Of a DNA stretch of 64,000 nucleotides, positions 13,145 through 28,323 are shown in pieces. Location: the NCBI RefSeq assembly GCF_001194135.2, contig NC_068984.1, positions 67,786,272 through 67,850,271 of the forward strand, given 5' to 3'. A model generated the notes under the pieces. That model was not told where the DNA came from, searched no databases, and saw only the letters and a program-made list of their open reading frames with translations. Source of the DNA: Octopus bimaculoides (taxonomy: Eukaryota). Within the stretch, counting starts at the first letter, position 1. Each line of letters begins with the position of its first letter. Both the position numbers and the translations under genes were made by a program.

Positions 13145-14548
13145 NNNNNNNNNNNNNNNNNNNNNNNNNNNNNNNNNNNNNNNNNNNNNNNNNNNNNNNN
13201 NNNNNNNNNNNNNNNNNNNNNNNNNNNNNNNNNNNNNNNNNNNNNNNNNNNNNNNNNNNNNNNNNNNNNNNNNNNNNNNNNNNNNNNNNNNNNNNNNNNN
13301 NNNNTATATGCATGCATGTATATATGTATACACTTGTTAGAATTGCCATTACAAATGCCCTACAGCATTGCCTAACATGCTATTATAAATGATATACTAT
13401 TTGCACTTATGCGTCACTTTTCTGGAAAGTATATATCATGAAATGGATAATATAACAGATATCTCAGATAGTATCTTACTTCAATTTACGTAACTGCTGA
13501 GAGGATGAAATCTGTAGCAAACACCTAATGAGCAGCCAATATTATCAGGGAAGTAAAACTCGTCAGTATTTTACATTAGATTCGAGTAGAAGTAGCTAGG
13601 TGGTAGAATTTTGTTTTTCACCCTTTTTTGAATCGTACGGATTACACTAATCACATTGGATAGCAATTATCACGATCGATATAAAGTGTTTTTTTTTTTA
13701 TTTTACGTGATTGGTTGTCTTCTCGTTGATTTACTGTTTTCAAAATATTTCACAACTATATATTATTTTGTCGTTATTGTAAATAAGGACAGAAAATCTA
13801 CCTCTTTCAGTAATGATTTTGCATCGTAATCTACTTGCCATTTTCCGATAAATTTTAAGTAGGTTTTTCGTTGTTGTTTTAAACTCGTACGTTTCTGAGC
13901 TACGGGAAGAACACTAAATTATCGATTACTGTTAACCTTGTTGGAAAAGGGACAAAACTTATCAGTGAATAGTTACAGTCAACTAATTCTGCTCAGTAGA
14001 TATGTTTTTTCTTCACAATGCAATGACGACTCACAAAATATGTTCTGGATTAAATAACCCCAATGCTATTTAATCCCTAAATGAAAAATTAATATCTAAC
14101 CATATCACGATAAATACTCAAATAGCAGCTCTCAAGCGTTTTTATCATTCCAATCCACTTTATCATGACACTAAATAATTTAACTAACTGTGAGTTTTTT
14201 CTTGTTTAGCCGATAAATCATTTGTATTGGGAAGACATTATAGATTTTCTTGCTTCGAATCTCTTAGATTCTATTCAGTTAAATTGTATTTAGTACGGTA
14301 CCATACAAAATATTGTTTTAGTAGAGTACGTTTTGAGCAACATTTGGCAGTTATTTCTAGCCAGTCTAGCTATGAAACAGAGGCTATCTTATTGAACTTG
14401 TATGCTTTCAATAGTTTGTGTTTCTGTAGTGGCAGATGCCCTGAAGCAAGTTGAAACTGAGACGCAGTTCTAATTCACGCTTGAAGCCATTTCACTTGAA
14501 ATACTAAGAGAATATATCTTCTTATGCGAATGCGTGTATGTGTGTGAA

Positions 14549-14598
<50 letters not shown>

Positions 14599-15024
14599 TA
14601 TACATATATGTGCGTATATGTATAGAGAGAGATTTATGTTTATTATATGTGCATCTGTGGTTACATGCATATGTATGTAGGTGTGTATGAGTGAGAGTAA
14701 AGAAAAAAGATACGGCGTACCACTGTTAGTAGGAATGTGTGATTATTCCATCCAGGAATATTCCATTTGTTTATATTACTGAGCTCAAGTCCTTTTATTG
14801 GCTTCAGTTTTTAATATAAATCCACACAAGTTCATTCATGGTAAATACTTCACCTACGCATTCCACAAACGTCATTCATAGGCAAATCTTGCTATTAAAT
14901 ATATATAGTACATGTTAAGCTAACGAGGTTTTCTCTACGAGCTCTCACGATTAGCCCGAAATATCATATAAATCTCCTTCAAGCCTCATTATACCATCTG
15001 GGAAGAGAGGAGACATTTATTTTT

Positions 15025-15089
<65 letters not shown>

Positions 15090-15128
15090 GGTGGTGGTGA
15101 TGGTGGTGGTAGTGGTGGTGGCGGCGGC

Positions 15129-15190
<62 letters not shown>
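15025..15190. repeat. Compound (TAG)n-(TGG)n-(TAG)n microsatellite
   Basis: TAG runs flank a GGT/GGC core. Confidence 0.95.
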
Positions 15191-15191
<1 letters not shown>

Positions 15192-18100
15192 TTACACAAG
15201 GCTTGTATACTTGATGAAGTTATAGAAGTAATGATGATAGCAATAGATATCAAGGAACATGTTGTAGGCGTTTGTCAAAAGAAGGATACCAATAACTAAC
15301 TAAATAAAGCTGGAAAATTACTTAATTCAGTAGTTATTCTAATGGAAAATTGGTAAGAAAACACGAACCATCCAAAATACAATATGAATTAAAAAATAAA
15401 ATAAATAAATTTGAGATACTATCACTTGTCAAAGTACTGAATGAATAAAATTTAGAAACAATTTTTTATATATATTTTCTAGAAATCTCAGTTTTTATCT
15501 ATGGATCATTTTCCATAAGTATTAGTAAGTCTTGACAGCTATACGTTGAAACAAATTCCCAAACCGTTACAGAAATGTATTTATTTGTCAAATAAGAGAA
15601 GAAATGTATCAATGTTTTTACAACGCAAATCGGAGCAACGATTTCAATTCTCAAGCATATGCCCCTATATCTGTAGCCGGAATGAAAAAACGCTTCTTTA
15701 AAATTTAATTCTAACAACAAATAATGTGTGCTTAGGTATATTTGCATAATTTTAAACTTTAGAATTATTAACGTAAGTGAATGGTTTTGAATTCCGACTG
15801 TTATTGTTGGTTTATGAATAATTAATCAAATTAATGATATGCAGATCAAGACAATATGTTATTCCCATGATGTTACTGTATTTAATCTCACGAGTAAATA
15901 ACGATGGTTATCATTCACGAAGAAATTGATGATACTTAGTTGGAGCACTTGTGACGATTTATCACTTGGTTTTGATTAAGTTGAAAGGAATCAAGTGGAA
16001 ACCAGATTCTGGATAATTTAGTCAGGAGTAAAATATTTCAATTGCATACTATCGCTGAAGGCATTTTGCAGATGTATCTAGATTGGAAGAAATAATTCAA
16101 GCTGTTCTCTACTTCTCTGATAAAACATTAAACAGGACAGAGATTAACATTCTTGTTCAGGTTCATAAACTATGCTTTAAGATTCCTACTATAGCAGGTC
16201 TTTTCCGATTAGAAACTGAATTTAGTAGTAACTTAATTTCAGGAGCACTTCTGGTATGTAATTTCTCATGTACACTATTCTCCGCAAGAACGAAATTAGA
16301 TTTATAAAATTCGTTACTAAAGATCAAAAGTGGAATCGACTGTTAGCTTTCTGATATCAGATATATACCTTCTGGAATTAGAAGGCTATATGTTTTCACT
16401 TATCAATTTCACTTAGCTGTAAACAATTCTGTTACGGAAACTCATTCCTGGTAATTTATACAGACTGTATGCCATGCGTGTGTCCGACTTCATTGTACGT
16501 CAAGTTTACTACCATTTTTGTTTGCTAGAGGTTTCACAACAACGACATTTAACATAGAGCCGAAATAAAAATGTCCACGATTATCTACATATGTCTTCAG
16601 AACGGAAGCATCGGTAGGACATCGGATACATCAGGCTATAGAGTGTTTCTTTCTTTTAGTTTAGGTTCTGAGACTAAAATCTTACCAGAAGTGATTTGTC
16701 TTTCATCATTTTAGTGTAGATAAAAGAAACACAAGAAAAAGACGATCAGTCCTGTGGCCTTGTATTTGAGTTCAATGTATGTATATTTAATTTCGCCCCT
16801 TCTGTGTTAAAAACCCCCATGGTGATATTGATAGGAAGTAGCTAATAATAAAATGATAAAGTTAGTTTTATTGACTGATTCTTTCTTCAAAATTTCAGTT
16901 GTACAAAAGTTAGACAACCCTAATTATCTAAATGCATTTATGAAGTCGATGGCTCATGTGAGGTTGACTCTTAGAAAATCCTTGATAAACTTTAGTTTGG
17001 TAGATTTTAAATATGAAGAAGAACAGTATTTTGTATGTGCACGACTTTCAACTGCTTATTATCCATTTAAATTGTGAAGAGGTAACCAAGAGTTTACCAT
17101 GCATGTACATAAGAGTTAAATTTGTGTCATAAAAATGACAACATTTTATATAGTGGTGACATTTAGAAATGTCAAAGTTTACAACATTCTTCGTGTAGAT
17201 GAGTAGACAAATAACTTCTGGTTTGGAGGTTTTCAATAACTATTAAGTGAACCTCAAATGTGATTATATATCTTATAGGTCAACGATTAGAATCTATTTA
17301 ATGACTATAACATTTTCTCCATTTTGCGCTGAATTTTAGAATACATCAAATCAAATCTATAGAATTCTACACTGATGTAAATACATTCCGTGCTAGAAAT
17401 ACATCTGTGTGAAGAAAAATACATAAAAAAACTATAACCAGCTTTATGGAATAGTTTATCTTGACATTTCAAAATATTTGAACTGTAAGTACAATTGACA
17501 TTGGAAATGTAATAAATGTTGTGCAAAGTTTGGATTTGCTTTGTTGGAAGGCTAACAGAAAAACTTTTAGGTTGAATTGTCAGTTAAAATATTCTCAGAA
17601 ATATTGAATTAAGTCGGGGATCATACGACCGTATATATATAAGCGCATATAATAAAGTAAGTATGTTTATCATTCCAATACATGAATCACTGGAACGCTG
17701 CCACCAGTATATCACTTGTAGACTGACTCAAAAAGAAACCAGAAATTCAATACGATAGTTTAAGCCTGTAGTTTTATTAATACGTATTCTTTGTAGGTAA
17801 AATATATACTGCAAATGTTATCTTTATCTAATATATCCTAAATAATATTTACATTCGTTATGTATAATTTAATTTTTACCCTATACCTATAATGTGTCTT
17901 TGTAATTCTCGAATATCTACGGAATAGTTATTTAGAAACCGATACAAACTATGTCATTCGATATAATCATTACCCTGCCCGTTGTAGTAATGTAATTTGC
18001 AAAGTCTCTTTACGCATACACTATTCAAGGTAACAGACGAAATTAGAAGAATGTAAATCAGGATTCAACAATTTTGCGATGCACGTTTTTTTCCCGATAT

Positions 18101-19509
18101 TATAAACGGTTTTTGGCCGCTAGTGACTTCTCGTAATTATATTGGCTTTATAACATTTATTAATCTTCTTTGTTTTGGTTGTGCGAACTATTATATTTTT
18201 GTAATTGTTTTAAGAACAATGAAATCTCTACGTATCCACTAGATTTGTTAGATATAGCAGGTGAATGTCTTATTTTAATTCACACCCAACTATGTTCAAA
18301 ATTCGCACCCTACTGTACACTTTGTAAGCCTCAAGCAGAGATGTCAGGGTTCGAACGCTTTTGATCATAGTACTGCTCAGTCAGCTAGGGCTGGGGCATG
18401 ATACTTAATAACAGCAAAATCCAGAACAACTTCGTCTCAGATCTTAATGAAGTGGTAATGTCATTGCCAGTAATATGCTTTAGTATCTTTTAGTATCTTC
18501 TCTGGAAACTAGTTTTTATAAATAACCTCCGACTACTACTTTGACTGCGGCAGAATTCTTTTTACACGCTTCTACTTCATGCATTACGAAAATATCCTTT
18601 TCCAAGAATGTCCTTACAATAAAAAAATATCCAGTACCAATATGCTTGTTCTTTACGAATAAATTTACTTCATTTCATTAGCATTAATTGCCTTCTGTTA
18701 TTGAACGCGTATGTTTAGCGTAAAGAGCCCTTCAGAAATTCCCCTTTTTGTATTTCATTTGTAAACGGTTGCTCGATATAAACAATCATGTATCAGCTCA
18801 GTAAATTTCTCACGAATTTTTAATTTACTTTTGTATTCATATTCTTAATTATTGTGTTTAAAATGCAACACCTCTGGCAAAAGATGAAAGTCAAATATTG
18901 TCCATCCATTGTCCACCCAATAAATAATTACCCGGCAGCCGCTGGATTTTCATTAATAATACTGTTGATGCCATAGCAACAACAAGACTCACTGTTATTG
19001 TAACAATAGCTGCTTCACTTATTGGAACATATTAACCATTCTAGTTCTTAAATCGTTAGATGTGGTCAGCGACCCGACATGTATTGCCATTTAAGTCTCT
19101 TCGTTCTAAACAACATGCTTTTATATTTCTTCCACTCCGCAAAAGGAACAAAATAAAACAATATACCCATCTCTATTTTGCAGAGAAATACTTTATAAAT
19201 ATGTTCCTTGTCAATTTACATGAGACATTACCTTCAGCTTATTCTCGCTCCAAAACTATTGGTGTTGCGACTCTATGACGTAATGTTGTTGTGAAAGTAT
19301 TTATCAATCGAATTTATAAACTTGTATAAAGGAAGTAAGCAATAAATAATATTGTGATGTATGTATATGACCTGAAAATAGGATAGTCATGACTTTTGAT
19401 CAAAATGCCAGCTCAGTTAAAACACCAACGTATTGACAACAGTCATTCAATCTCACAATTTATTCAGTCTATGTTATGAACCATTAATGATAATATTTTT
19501 TGTACTGTA

Positions 19510-19705
19510 GGTACAAAGCCTCAAATTTGTGGGTGTGGATAGGAGTCAGTCGATTACATCGAACCCAGTTCTCAACTGGTACTAATTTTATCGACACCAA
19601 AATAATGACAGGCAAAGTCGACTATGGCGTAATTTGAATTCAGAACGTATTAAGTTGGAAGAAATGCAGCTAAGTATTGTTCGATGCGCTAGGGATTCCG
19701 TCATC
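19510..19705 (-). mobile_element. tRNA-headed SINE family B copy
   Basis: Contains ggcaaagtcgac..aatttgaattcagaacg (reverse B-box) and ctggtactaattttatcgac. Same blocks at 27170, 31990 and 58709. Confidence 0.85.
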
Positions 19706-20284
19706 CCATCATTCCCATTTGGCGGCTACAAGCCAACAGTGTTTTGTGTTTGGTGTGTTTGATTTATATCAATAATGTAGTTCATGCACGTACTTGTGCC
19801 ATTCACTCGGCGAATGAACAGAGATATTTCTAAAAGATTTCTCGTTATATTTGGTTATCCATAGAGATCCGATGACGACAGCTATTCCCGTTGCAGTGAG
19901 ATCTTTATTGAATGAATTGTTCTATCCTCCACAAGCTCTATTGCATGGGAGGAGAGCATTTTAATGATGTGATGGGTTTAGTAACATTAGTGATGAAAAA
20001 TTTCTGCGTCTATTCCAGTTCCTTTCTACAATTATTCAAGTTGTCTTTTATCTACATCTTAGTAATGCGAGACATGACCACTACTTTTTTATCGTCATAA
20101 TGTTAGTATAATACGTGAATATTTCATAGAGTGGAAGGAATAAGATAGTTACTTGATAGCAACGCAGTACTTCAATGTTACTGTTGCAAACTCCAGCGAG
20201 GTTTCAATAATTAACTGACACACATGTCATTAATATCAAGCTATCAAAATGTTTTGTTAGCAGCTCAAACAACTATAGTGAAGG

Positions 20285-20397
20285 AGAAGAAGAAGAAGAA
20301 GAAGAAGAAGAAGAAGAAGAAGAAGAAGAAGAAGAAGAAGAAGAAGAAGAAGAAGAAGAAGAAGAAGAAGAAGAAGAAGAAGAAGAGAAGAAGAAGA
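20285..20397. repeat. (AAG)n microsatellite
   Basis: Pure run; explains the poly-K ORF. Confidence 0.95.
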
Positions 20398-21585
20398 TAT
20401 CATGACGATGAGGAGGAGGGGAGAAAGAGGCAGAATTTATTATATTTCGAAAAAGAATTTATGGCTGTTTAGAAATAGCTGGCTTATTATTTTCAGACTC
20501 ACCTGTTTTATGCTGCACAACTTTCATAACTTTGATACTTCAGTTCTTTTATAGATAATATTTTCGAACCAGAGCAATGTAGTTACCCATACATATTGTT
20601 TTATGAACGCCACTTAGACCCACTTTTTAGCTTCCTTTTAGTCTCCTCATAAAAGAAGTGTATTAACATTTTATCGCTCTTACATATATAACTTTTGATT
20701 AGCTCAGACGCAAATCACACTTCGTAAGTACTGAACATTCTTAATTTTTATCTCAGATTGATTTTCCGATCGGAATAAATTATACGAACGAAGAAAATTG
20801 AAAATGCTAGTTAAAAACTTCCTTGGTGATTTATTTAATCAATATTCAGGAAAGGAGATACTTGTTTCGCTTTATATATTTTTTCTTTGTATTTTGCGGT
20901 ATCATTTTTATTAAATTACTTAAAAGCATCCATTAAGAGATACCCGTTTCAACAACTACTTTTGCAACGATTCAGCAAGGGAGCCTTTACGTAACATGAT
21001 AGAAATAACCTCCAAAATTCTCTCAAATTAGATTCTACTATCTAAAGACAAATTACATTGGATGGTGTAATCTGCAGCACACAATTCTTAGAAAAAAAAA
21101 AAAAGACAGGCTATTTAAAGCAACGAATGCGTTTGCATTTAACGTTTGCGCCATCGGAATTTAACTGTGACTGAGAACAACTTCACATCGTGTTTTCTAC
21201 TCTTTTAGACAGAACGACAGAAGAAAGAAGGCAAAAAGAAGAGCGAGAGAAGAAGAGAGAGGGAGAGAGAAAGACAGAGAGCTAAAATTTCCTCAGTGCG
21301 TTTTCACGCTTTTAGACATTTACTATGTCCAGGGCATAACTACTTTCGTTTCTTACCTTACATGTAACAGATCTACAAGTATTACCTCAGAGATCACAAC
21401 ATCGTGACTGAGTTTTTCACTACGTCGCATATCGTATAACTGATTTAAGACACTCCAGAATTATCTTAAGGTAACGCTCTGTCGAGAATCCGAATGGCAT
21501 CATGCTTGTATTCGTTTGACATGCGAAGCGAATAACTCTATCGAAAGATTAATCGATATTAGAGCTGAGCTATTTGTTTACATAT

Positions 21586-21818
<233 letters not shown>

Positions 21819-21820
<2 letters not shown>

Positions 21821-23140
21821 ATCTAGAGTTCAACGAGATAATGGAAGAGGAAATGAAAGAGCAACTAAGGATGGAGTATTTCCGAAGACTGAGGTTGGTG
21901 TTGCGCTCAAAATTGAGGGGATGGAATAAAATCCAAGCAGTTAATACGTGGGCGATAGTATCACTTCGGTAATGGAGCAGGAATTATAAAATGATAAAAG
22001 AAAGAAATGAAGAAAATGGATACCAAGACCAGAAAAATGTTGGCAGTACACGGAGCCTTCCACTCTAAGAGTAACACCGGTAGGCTGTACTTGTCCAGAA
22101 GAAAGGGTGGGAGAGAGCTTTGATCAGTTGCCAGGACTGTATTGAAGCGGAGGAAAACAATGTAGAGCGGTATATAAAAAATGCCGTGAACCACTGTTCA
22201 AATACACGAAGAAGGCCGGCGTCATCAAAACTGAAAATTGTGTAACTAAAGAAAAATTTAAACAAGAAATGAACAAAAAAAAAAAATGAAAAAGCATGGA
22301 AGGAAAAGAAAATGTACGGTCAGTTTGCAAGAGATGTGAACGCGAAGACAGATACAGAGGACCTGTGGCTATGGATGGAGCGGAGTGACCTGAAGATAGA
22401 GACAAGCAGTCATATGCGCAGCTCAGGAACAAGCGTTAAGGACCAATTATATGGAGTACAGAATAGACACTACCGATAGCGACAAAGGCAAAATGTGTGG
22501 TGAGAGGGGTGAAACGGCATGGCACATCGTTAGCGAATGTCCGAAGCTGGCATAACGCAAATACAAATGACGCCATGATAATGTGGCAATAATGATGCAT
22601 TGAGAGCTCTATGGAAATTATGGCCTGCAATGAGCAAAGACGTGGTATGAGCAAGCGCCAGAAAGAGTCACCGAAAATAAGAATCGCAAAGTCCTGTGGG
22701 ATGCAATGATCCAGTGCGATCATCTGACCAGACATCAGAAACTGGACGTTGTTGTGGTCAATAAAAAAGAAAGAACATGAATGATTATCGACATAGTATA
22801 CCCCTGTGACAACAGGATCAATGTGAAAGAAGAAAAAATTAACAACTATGACGATTTAAAGTGGAAAATACGAATGTTGTGGCCAATGAAGAGAGTAGAC
22901 GTGATACCAATAGTAATTGGTGCACATGGAAGCATCAACACTCAACTGCCAACATGGCTGAAGAAGATCGGTCCAAGAGTGAAGGTAGAACAGCAGCAAA
23001 AATCAGAATTGCTTGGAACTGCAAGAATTCTTCGCTGGGTTCTTGAAGTATGACCAGTAAACATGTGTCACCTTAGTTTGCTGGCTGTGGACAGCTGACA
23101 CTTTCCATCATACCCAGCAAAATAAGCTGTTAGTTTTCAT
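21819..23140 (+). mobile_element. 5'-truncated R4/Dong-clade LINE (post-RT region, zinc knuckle, REL endonuclease, 3' UTR), frameshifted
   Basis: EYFRRLRLVLRSKL..NKIQAVNTWA; MDTKTRKMLAVHGAFHSKSNTGRLYLSRRKGGR; AAQEQALRTN; CGERGETAWHIVSECPKLA..RHDNVA (CCHC); VLWDAMIQCDH..KLDVVVVNKK..IIDIVYPCD..KEEKINNYDDLK..VIPIVIGAHG..LLGTARILRWVLEV* (stop 23051-23053). Followed by (AAT/AAC)n. Confidence 0.92.
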
Positions 23141-23192
23141 ATAATAATAACAATAACAACAACAACAACAACAACAACAATAATAATAATAA
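23141..23192. repeat. (AAT/AAC)n tract at the LINE 3' end
   Basis: Directly follows the 3' UTR. Confidence 0.9.
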
Positions 23193-24809
23193 TTTCATGA
23201 GAGAAGGTCGTATTTCAATGAAACAATCGTACATTGATGTAATAAAAAGACTTGCTCACCCCATTCACTTTACGCGTGTGTGTGTACATATACATGCAGA
23301 CATACGTACACATGTATATTATAAAGTACAAATGCATTAAAAAAAACTTATTACTAAGTTCTTTGTGTATTTTCTTTTTTCCATCTTTCATATTTGGAAT
23401 ATATAATTATAGTCATAATTTTATTTTGCAAGTACTAAATTACATTACATTACATTACATTATGTTTATATTTTACAAACAGAAGATTTTACATCCAGAA
23501 GATATGTATTTTAAATTTAGACAATGTTTCCATTACGATGTCTGGTATAAAATAAAAACCATAATTTAAGAAATGAAATTCAAATTACAGAACAAGCAAT
23601 TGAAAACATCATCTTGTTTTTATTTAAAATATTGAACCACTCACAAGCGCATATACATTAATTCCAGATAATTTATAGGCTATTTTCCAAAGCGTATTAT
23701 ATTGTAAACAACATTCTGGATTCGTCCTTGCATAGAGGAAGAACTGTTTACAATTGAATAATCTTATTTCGATAAAAATTTCGTCACCATATAAACACGG
23801 ATGATAAGAGCTGTCTACGTAGTATATAAAGTAAATGCGAGATTAATTACCAGGTTGGTTGGATCCAAATAAATCAAACGGAATATTACTAAAATATGCT
23901 ATGTATTTCCAAGCGGTTCCGTGAACTGTACTGCACTGGTTTAAATGTGAAGGAACGGAACGATGCCAGTAGAAATAAATGCATTATCTAAGTGATTGCA
24001 GATAAATATTTTATTCATTGAAGAATTTAGAATTTGCATGTAGAAAGAACAATTTATAGAACTGATTAAATACTATTTATTGAATTAACTCTTCATACAT
24101 TCACTATATAACAAATATAAGTCTAGAACTACCATCGTATACCTTGATACAGTTTTATGAAACTGTATTTCGTAGAAATGTGCATGCTGTTTTTAAGCTA
24201 TTATAAGACTGAGTTTATGTGTAAAAATTCTTTTGATGGCTTTGTTCTGCAGTATATTCAAATGTTCACTATTTCCATATATTGTAGGATAAAATATATT
24301 CACTCATGAAACCGAGTTTTGTTTTCATCCCAGTTGAAAAGGGTTGATCGCGTATTGATTTAAACTTTTGATCACAAGTACATAAAACAACTGCGTCGAA
24401 TCGTTTTATTGAATTATTTCATGTAGTATAGAAATGATTAGCCTATATTTTGTACACATGTCAATTGAAACACGAATGAAAACATTGTTGCCGTCAGTAA
24501 TGAAATATATACTTGCATGAGATAATAAATCAATGAAAATAACAGGAATAGTCCTTTAATATTTTGTGGAAGGGCTAATAATAGTGAAATTGAACGAACG
24601 GAACTTTATTATTTTCGGTAAACAACGAAGTAAAAAGAGTTTAGAAAGCGTTTAGAAACATTTAAATGCCAAGGCCTGAATGTAGTTACAAACGATATGC
24701 AAACTATAAACATTGACGCATACGAAGGTCCCTTCCATTCAAACCTATAATTATGTGATTTATATATTTCAGAAAATGCATTTTAAGAACACACATACAC
24801 AGATGTAAG

Positions 24810-24900
24810 CATGCATGCATGCAGGTATGTATGTATGTATGTATGCATGTATGTATGCATGTATGTATTATGAATCCATGTATGAATGTATGCAGGTATG
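24810..24900. repeat. (ATGT)n-like microsatellite
   Basis: Imperfect ATGT/ATGC run. Confidence 0.85.
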
Positions 24901-27167
24901 TAATGACTTTATAGCCGTTGCATTCACTACTACAGCCTTATTTCTGGTTAACAAATATGTTAGCTCAGATCGAGCAGACATTATCGTAAGCGTTCGAGGC
25001 ATAACTATCCCATTTATTTCTAAACTTACTATATTGAGAATCAGCATTATTCCATATATTCTGATATTTTTAAGACATTCGTTTGTAATATGCCAGCAAT
25101 TAAGCAACTGGGTTTTGCATGTACAAGTTGTGTTGCTGTTCATCCGTAGAATTCAAATTTGTTTTTAGTTAACGAATAAAACGGAATAGAGAGAATACCT
25201 ATTGAGATTATAGCTTTGCAGAGAGTCAAGTTCTACTGAAATAATTTCATGCTATCCCAAATATTTATGAACACACAAATTCATTCAAATGTAGATTTAG
25301 ACGATCTAATTTTTCTGCTACTAACAAGGAATTACTGCAAAATGTTAAAACAAAATGTCGGTTTTGCGGTTGTGAAGGAATTCGACCTGATGCCGCAAAA
25401 AGGCGTGTTTTCCATGAAAATCATTTAATAAAGAGGCAATGAAATACACATTATATTTTTGCAGTGGATTTAGCACCAGTAAAAGTATTGTTTAGTAACT
25501 AGTTACAATACAACACATACTTAATTTCGATTAATACTCTGTATATTTCGCATTAAGTATAACGGTAGCATTGATTATGACATTTTCCCTGGGATACAAC
25601 ATAAATTCAAAACCTCAAACAACGCGTAATCGTTGCTGTCTAGCAGTACATGATACGTAGGCATCACACATTAGAGCAAAATAATTCATGAATTGACATC
25701 ATAAACTGAGACAAATTTTAAGTTTATAGTTTTCCTACTAATTTGCGTGAGTTACATGGGAAACATTCAAATAAGAAAAAGAAAGACAAGACAAAGCTAA
25801 AATGAAAGAGTGTCTAATACAAAGAAACCATTTAGGAAGCTATAAAGTTGAATAGATATCAAATCAAACACTAAATACAGATTAAATTCATTACTTTATC
25901 GCTTTGAACGTATATTATAAAAAAATAGAAAATTTATATTGAATGTATAAAGACAATATACAAAATATATTCAAAGCAACCTATTTCCCATTAAAAATAC
26001 ACCTGAATGTATCATTCGTGCTTCAAAGAGTAAATGTCTCATGTCGAATTATATAGTAAATATTTAGTCAGTCATTCGGAAATCTTTGTACTTACATTTC
26101 ATTCAAACAATCAATCGATCCACACGTTCGGGTATTATGGGACATGATACAATTGAAAATAAATTTGATTAAGAATTAAAGTATATAGTCGTCCAAATCT
26201 CCAGCTGAGAGAACCGAATGATAACATGATCTACTTCTCTTGGCCAATGTAGTGTAATAGTACATCGCTTATAATTTTGGCTTCAGCAATTGTAATACCA
26301 TATAATATTTAATAGTCTTCATACTAATCAATTCTTCAAGTTGAAATGTTTTATCAACACATTTTTTAAATTTTTACACATTTATAGTTGAGTGTAAACA
26401 ATTTTATTCTAATATCGTACTGGATTAAATATGAAATGGCATTTATTGTTTTTACATTCGGAGTTCAAAACCTACCGAAGTCTACTTTATCTTCCACCTA
26501 TCCAGATCAATTAAACAGTGTACATGAATTGATTTAATGAGCTATAAGCTTTTCCCTAAAAATGTGGTCTTGTGTGTATATTAGAAATCGATATTTTCTC
26601 ATTCATCGGAAACTTTTGCGGTTATACATTAGCTAGATATTCGATGTTTATAAGCTCAAGCATAATGAGATATTTCCTTTCTGCGATGAAATTCAGAGTA
26701 AAAATAGCTATAATAAAATGATATTGTTCGTCAGTTTTTGAAATGAACGATTCTAAATTAAGAAACTTCTTTTTATCAAGTGATTTAGTTAAAAAATGTA
26801 CTAATTTCACCGTTAATATCTGCAATTGTATTATAAAATGAAACTGCCTGCATGCAGATCCATTCATAGAGTTGAAGTTTCTAACCGGTACTCTTCAATT
26901 TGGAGTACAAAATGTGGTATATCCGTATGTTTTTCCATGAGTAAGCTTTGGCAGTGTGAATTAATGTAGAAGAATATGATAATGTGAGGACATGATAAAA
27001 TTCATACACAAATTCGTTTTCGTGAACCATGATCACATTATATTATTTTTAGTTTGTTCCCAAGACCCAACAAAAACTATGCATTATTCGAATTAATATT
27101 TCTTAACTAAACACACTACAAAAATTTAGATGACTTAAACATCCTACGCTTTATATGTCTTGTAAAT

Positions 27168-27373
27168 ATTGGTTTCAAATTTTAGAAGAAAGCCATCAAC
27201 TTTGCGGGGTGAGAGTAAGTATTCAACTGGTACTTATTTTATCGACCCCGCAGGAACAAAAGATAAAGTTGATGAAAGGTAAGGCGGAATTTGAACTGAG
27301 AACGTAAAGACGAACGAAATGCTGCTAAACGTTTTGCTTGGCGTGCTTATGATTGTACCAGCTAGCCGCCTTA
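27168..27373 (-). mobile_element. SINE family B, near full length
   Basis: Minus strand starts TAAGGCGGCTAGCTGG..GCACGCCAAGCAAAACGTTTAGCAGCATTTCGTTCGTCTTTACGTTCTCAGTTCAAATTCCGCC, matching the plus-strand copies at 58709 and 58941. Confidence 0.88.
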
Positions 27374-28225
27374 TGTCTTTTGTATAGAGCCTACGTAGCA
27401 AAATCGTCTAACCGAAAATGATCCACTCTTTTATTTCATAATTCAAAATTATAATTCTGCCATATTATGTTAGTATATAGTCCTGCTTAGTTTAGCTTAC
27501 AAATTCGAGCATGAGCTTAATTGTTTCAGTTAACTTCGGTAAACACTAATGCTGTTACGAATCTCAGTACACTGAAACAAATATTTTAATACTATTCTTA
27601 CTACTGTATCTTCTACCCAGTTCAGACGAACATAAAAAAAAACACACACACACGGAGAAATAGTTAAGACATCAATAACAACGATAGTTCCAAACACTGA
27701 ACAGGTGACGCACAACTCTATTAATGAATAAAGAGCACACTGACGGGGATCAGCTTAATCCCTTACGCCGTGTCTAGCGGTTAAATTTTTGTCTCACAGA
27801 AGCAGACTAGTCAGGGAACCATACATTGCTAAACGCTCAAACTGTACCTCATAAGAAGTCGTGGCTATTGAGATAACTTTGATGACGGGTTTTCTCAATC
27901 AGAGATAATCTTGGATTGACTAGCATCATATAATTCATCCGTGATTGCTTCTCAACCTTTGTGTTGACCTGAAACTCTGTCGACCGATGTGTTTTTTAAA
28001 TGATTAAGCCTCATATGATCAAGCTTCATATAGCTTTAAAATATACGAAAGTGTACTACAACTCCATAACATCGTAAAAATCCTACTTGAGCAATCATTA
28101 GAGGAAGAAAATAAAATAAACATGCAATAAACTAAATAATCTCATTAGCGCTAAGTTATAGGATACGGACCTATCCTGTTATATTAAGATATAGACCTAT
28201 CCAACTTGACCTAACCCCTCTACAG

Positions 28226-28323
28226 TAACCACCAGAACATACAAATTTTGTATACAAATACAAACTGAACAAGTAGAAAAGTCAACATATCCAGACAAAT
28301 ACATTGTTGATGGAAGTTGTCAG
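28226..28323 (+). CDS. Candidate 98-nt internal exon (TTRTYKFCIQIQTEQVEKSTYPDKYIVDGSCQ), unassigned
   Basis: CTAACCCCTCTACAG acceptor, CAG|GTAAGT donor, one frame open throughout. No homology recognised. Confidence 0.3.

Noticed and set aside
16083-17077. Two plus-strand exon-like segments (donor CTG|GTATGT near 16250; acceptor TTTCAG near 16900)
   Set aside because: The open frames are phase-incompatible, the second donor is weak and no homology is recognisable.
18920-19035. Minus-strand hydrophobic stretch (AAIVTITVSLVVAMASTVLLMKI) resembling a transmembrane exon
   Set aside because: There is an in-frame stop just upstream and no usable acceptor.
20497-20560. Strong minus-strand donor CAG|GTGAGT at 20503 (and AAG|GTAAGA at 21357)
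   Set aside because: There is no good acceptor with an open frame upstream; isolated consensus donors are expected by chance.
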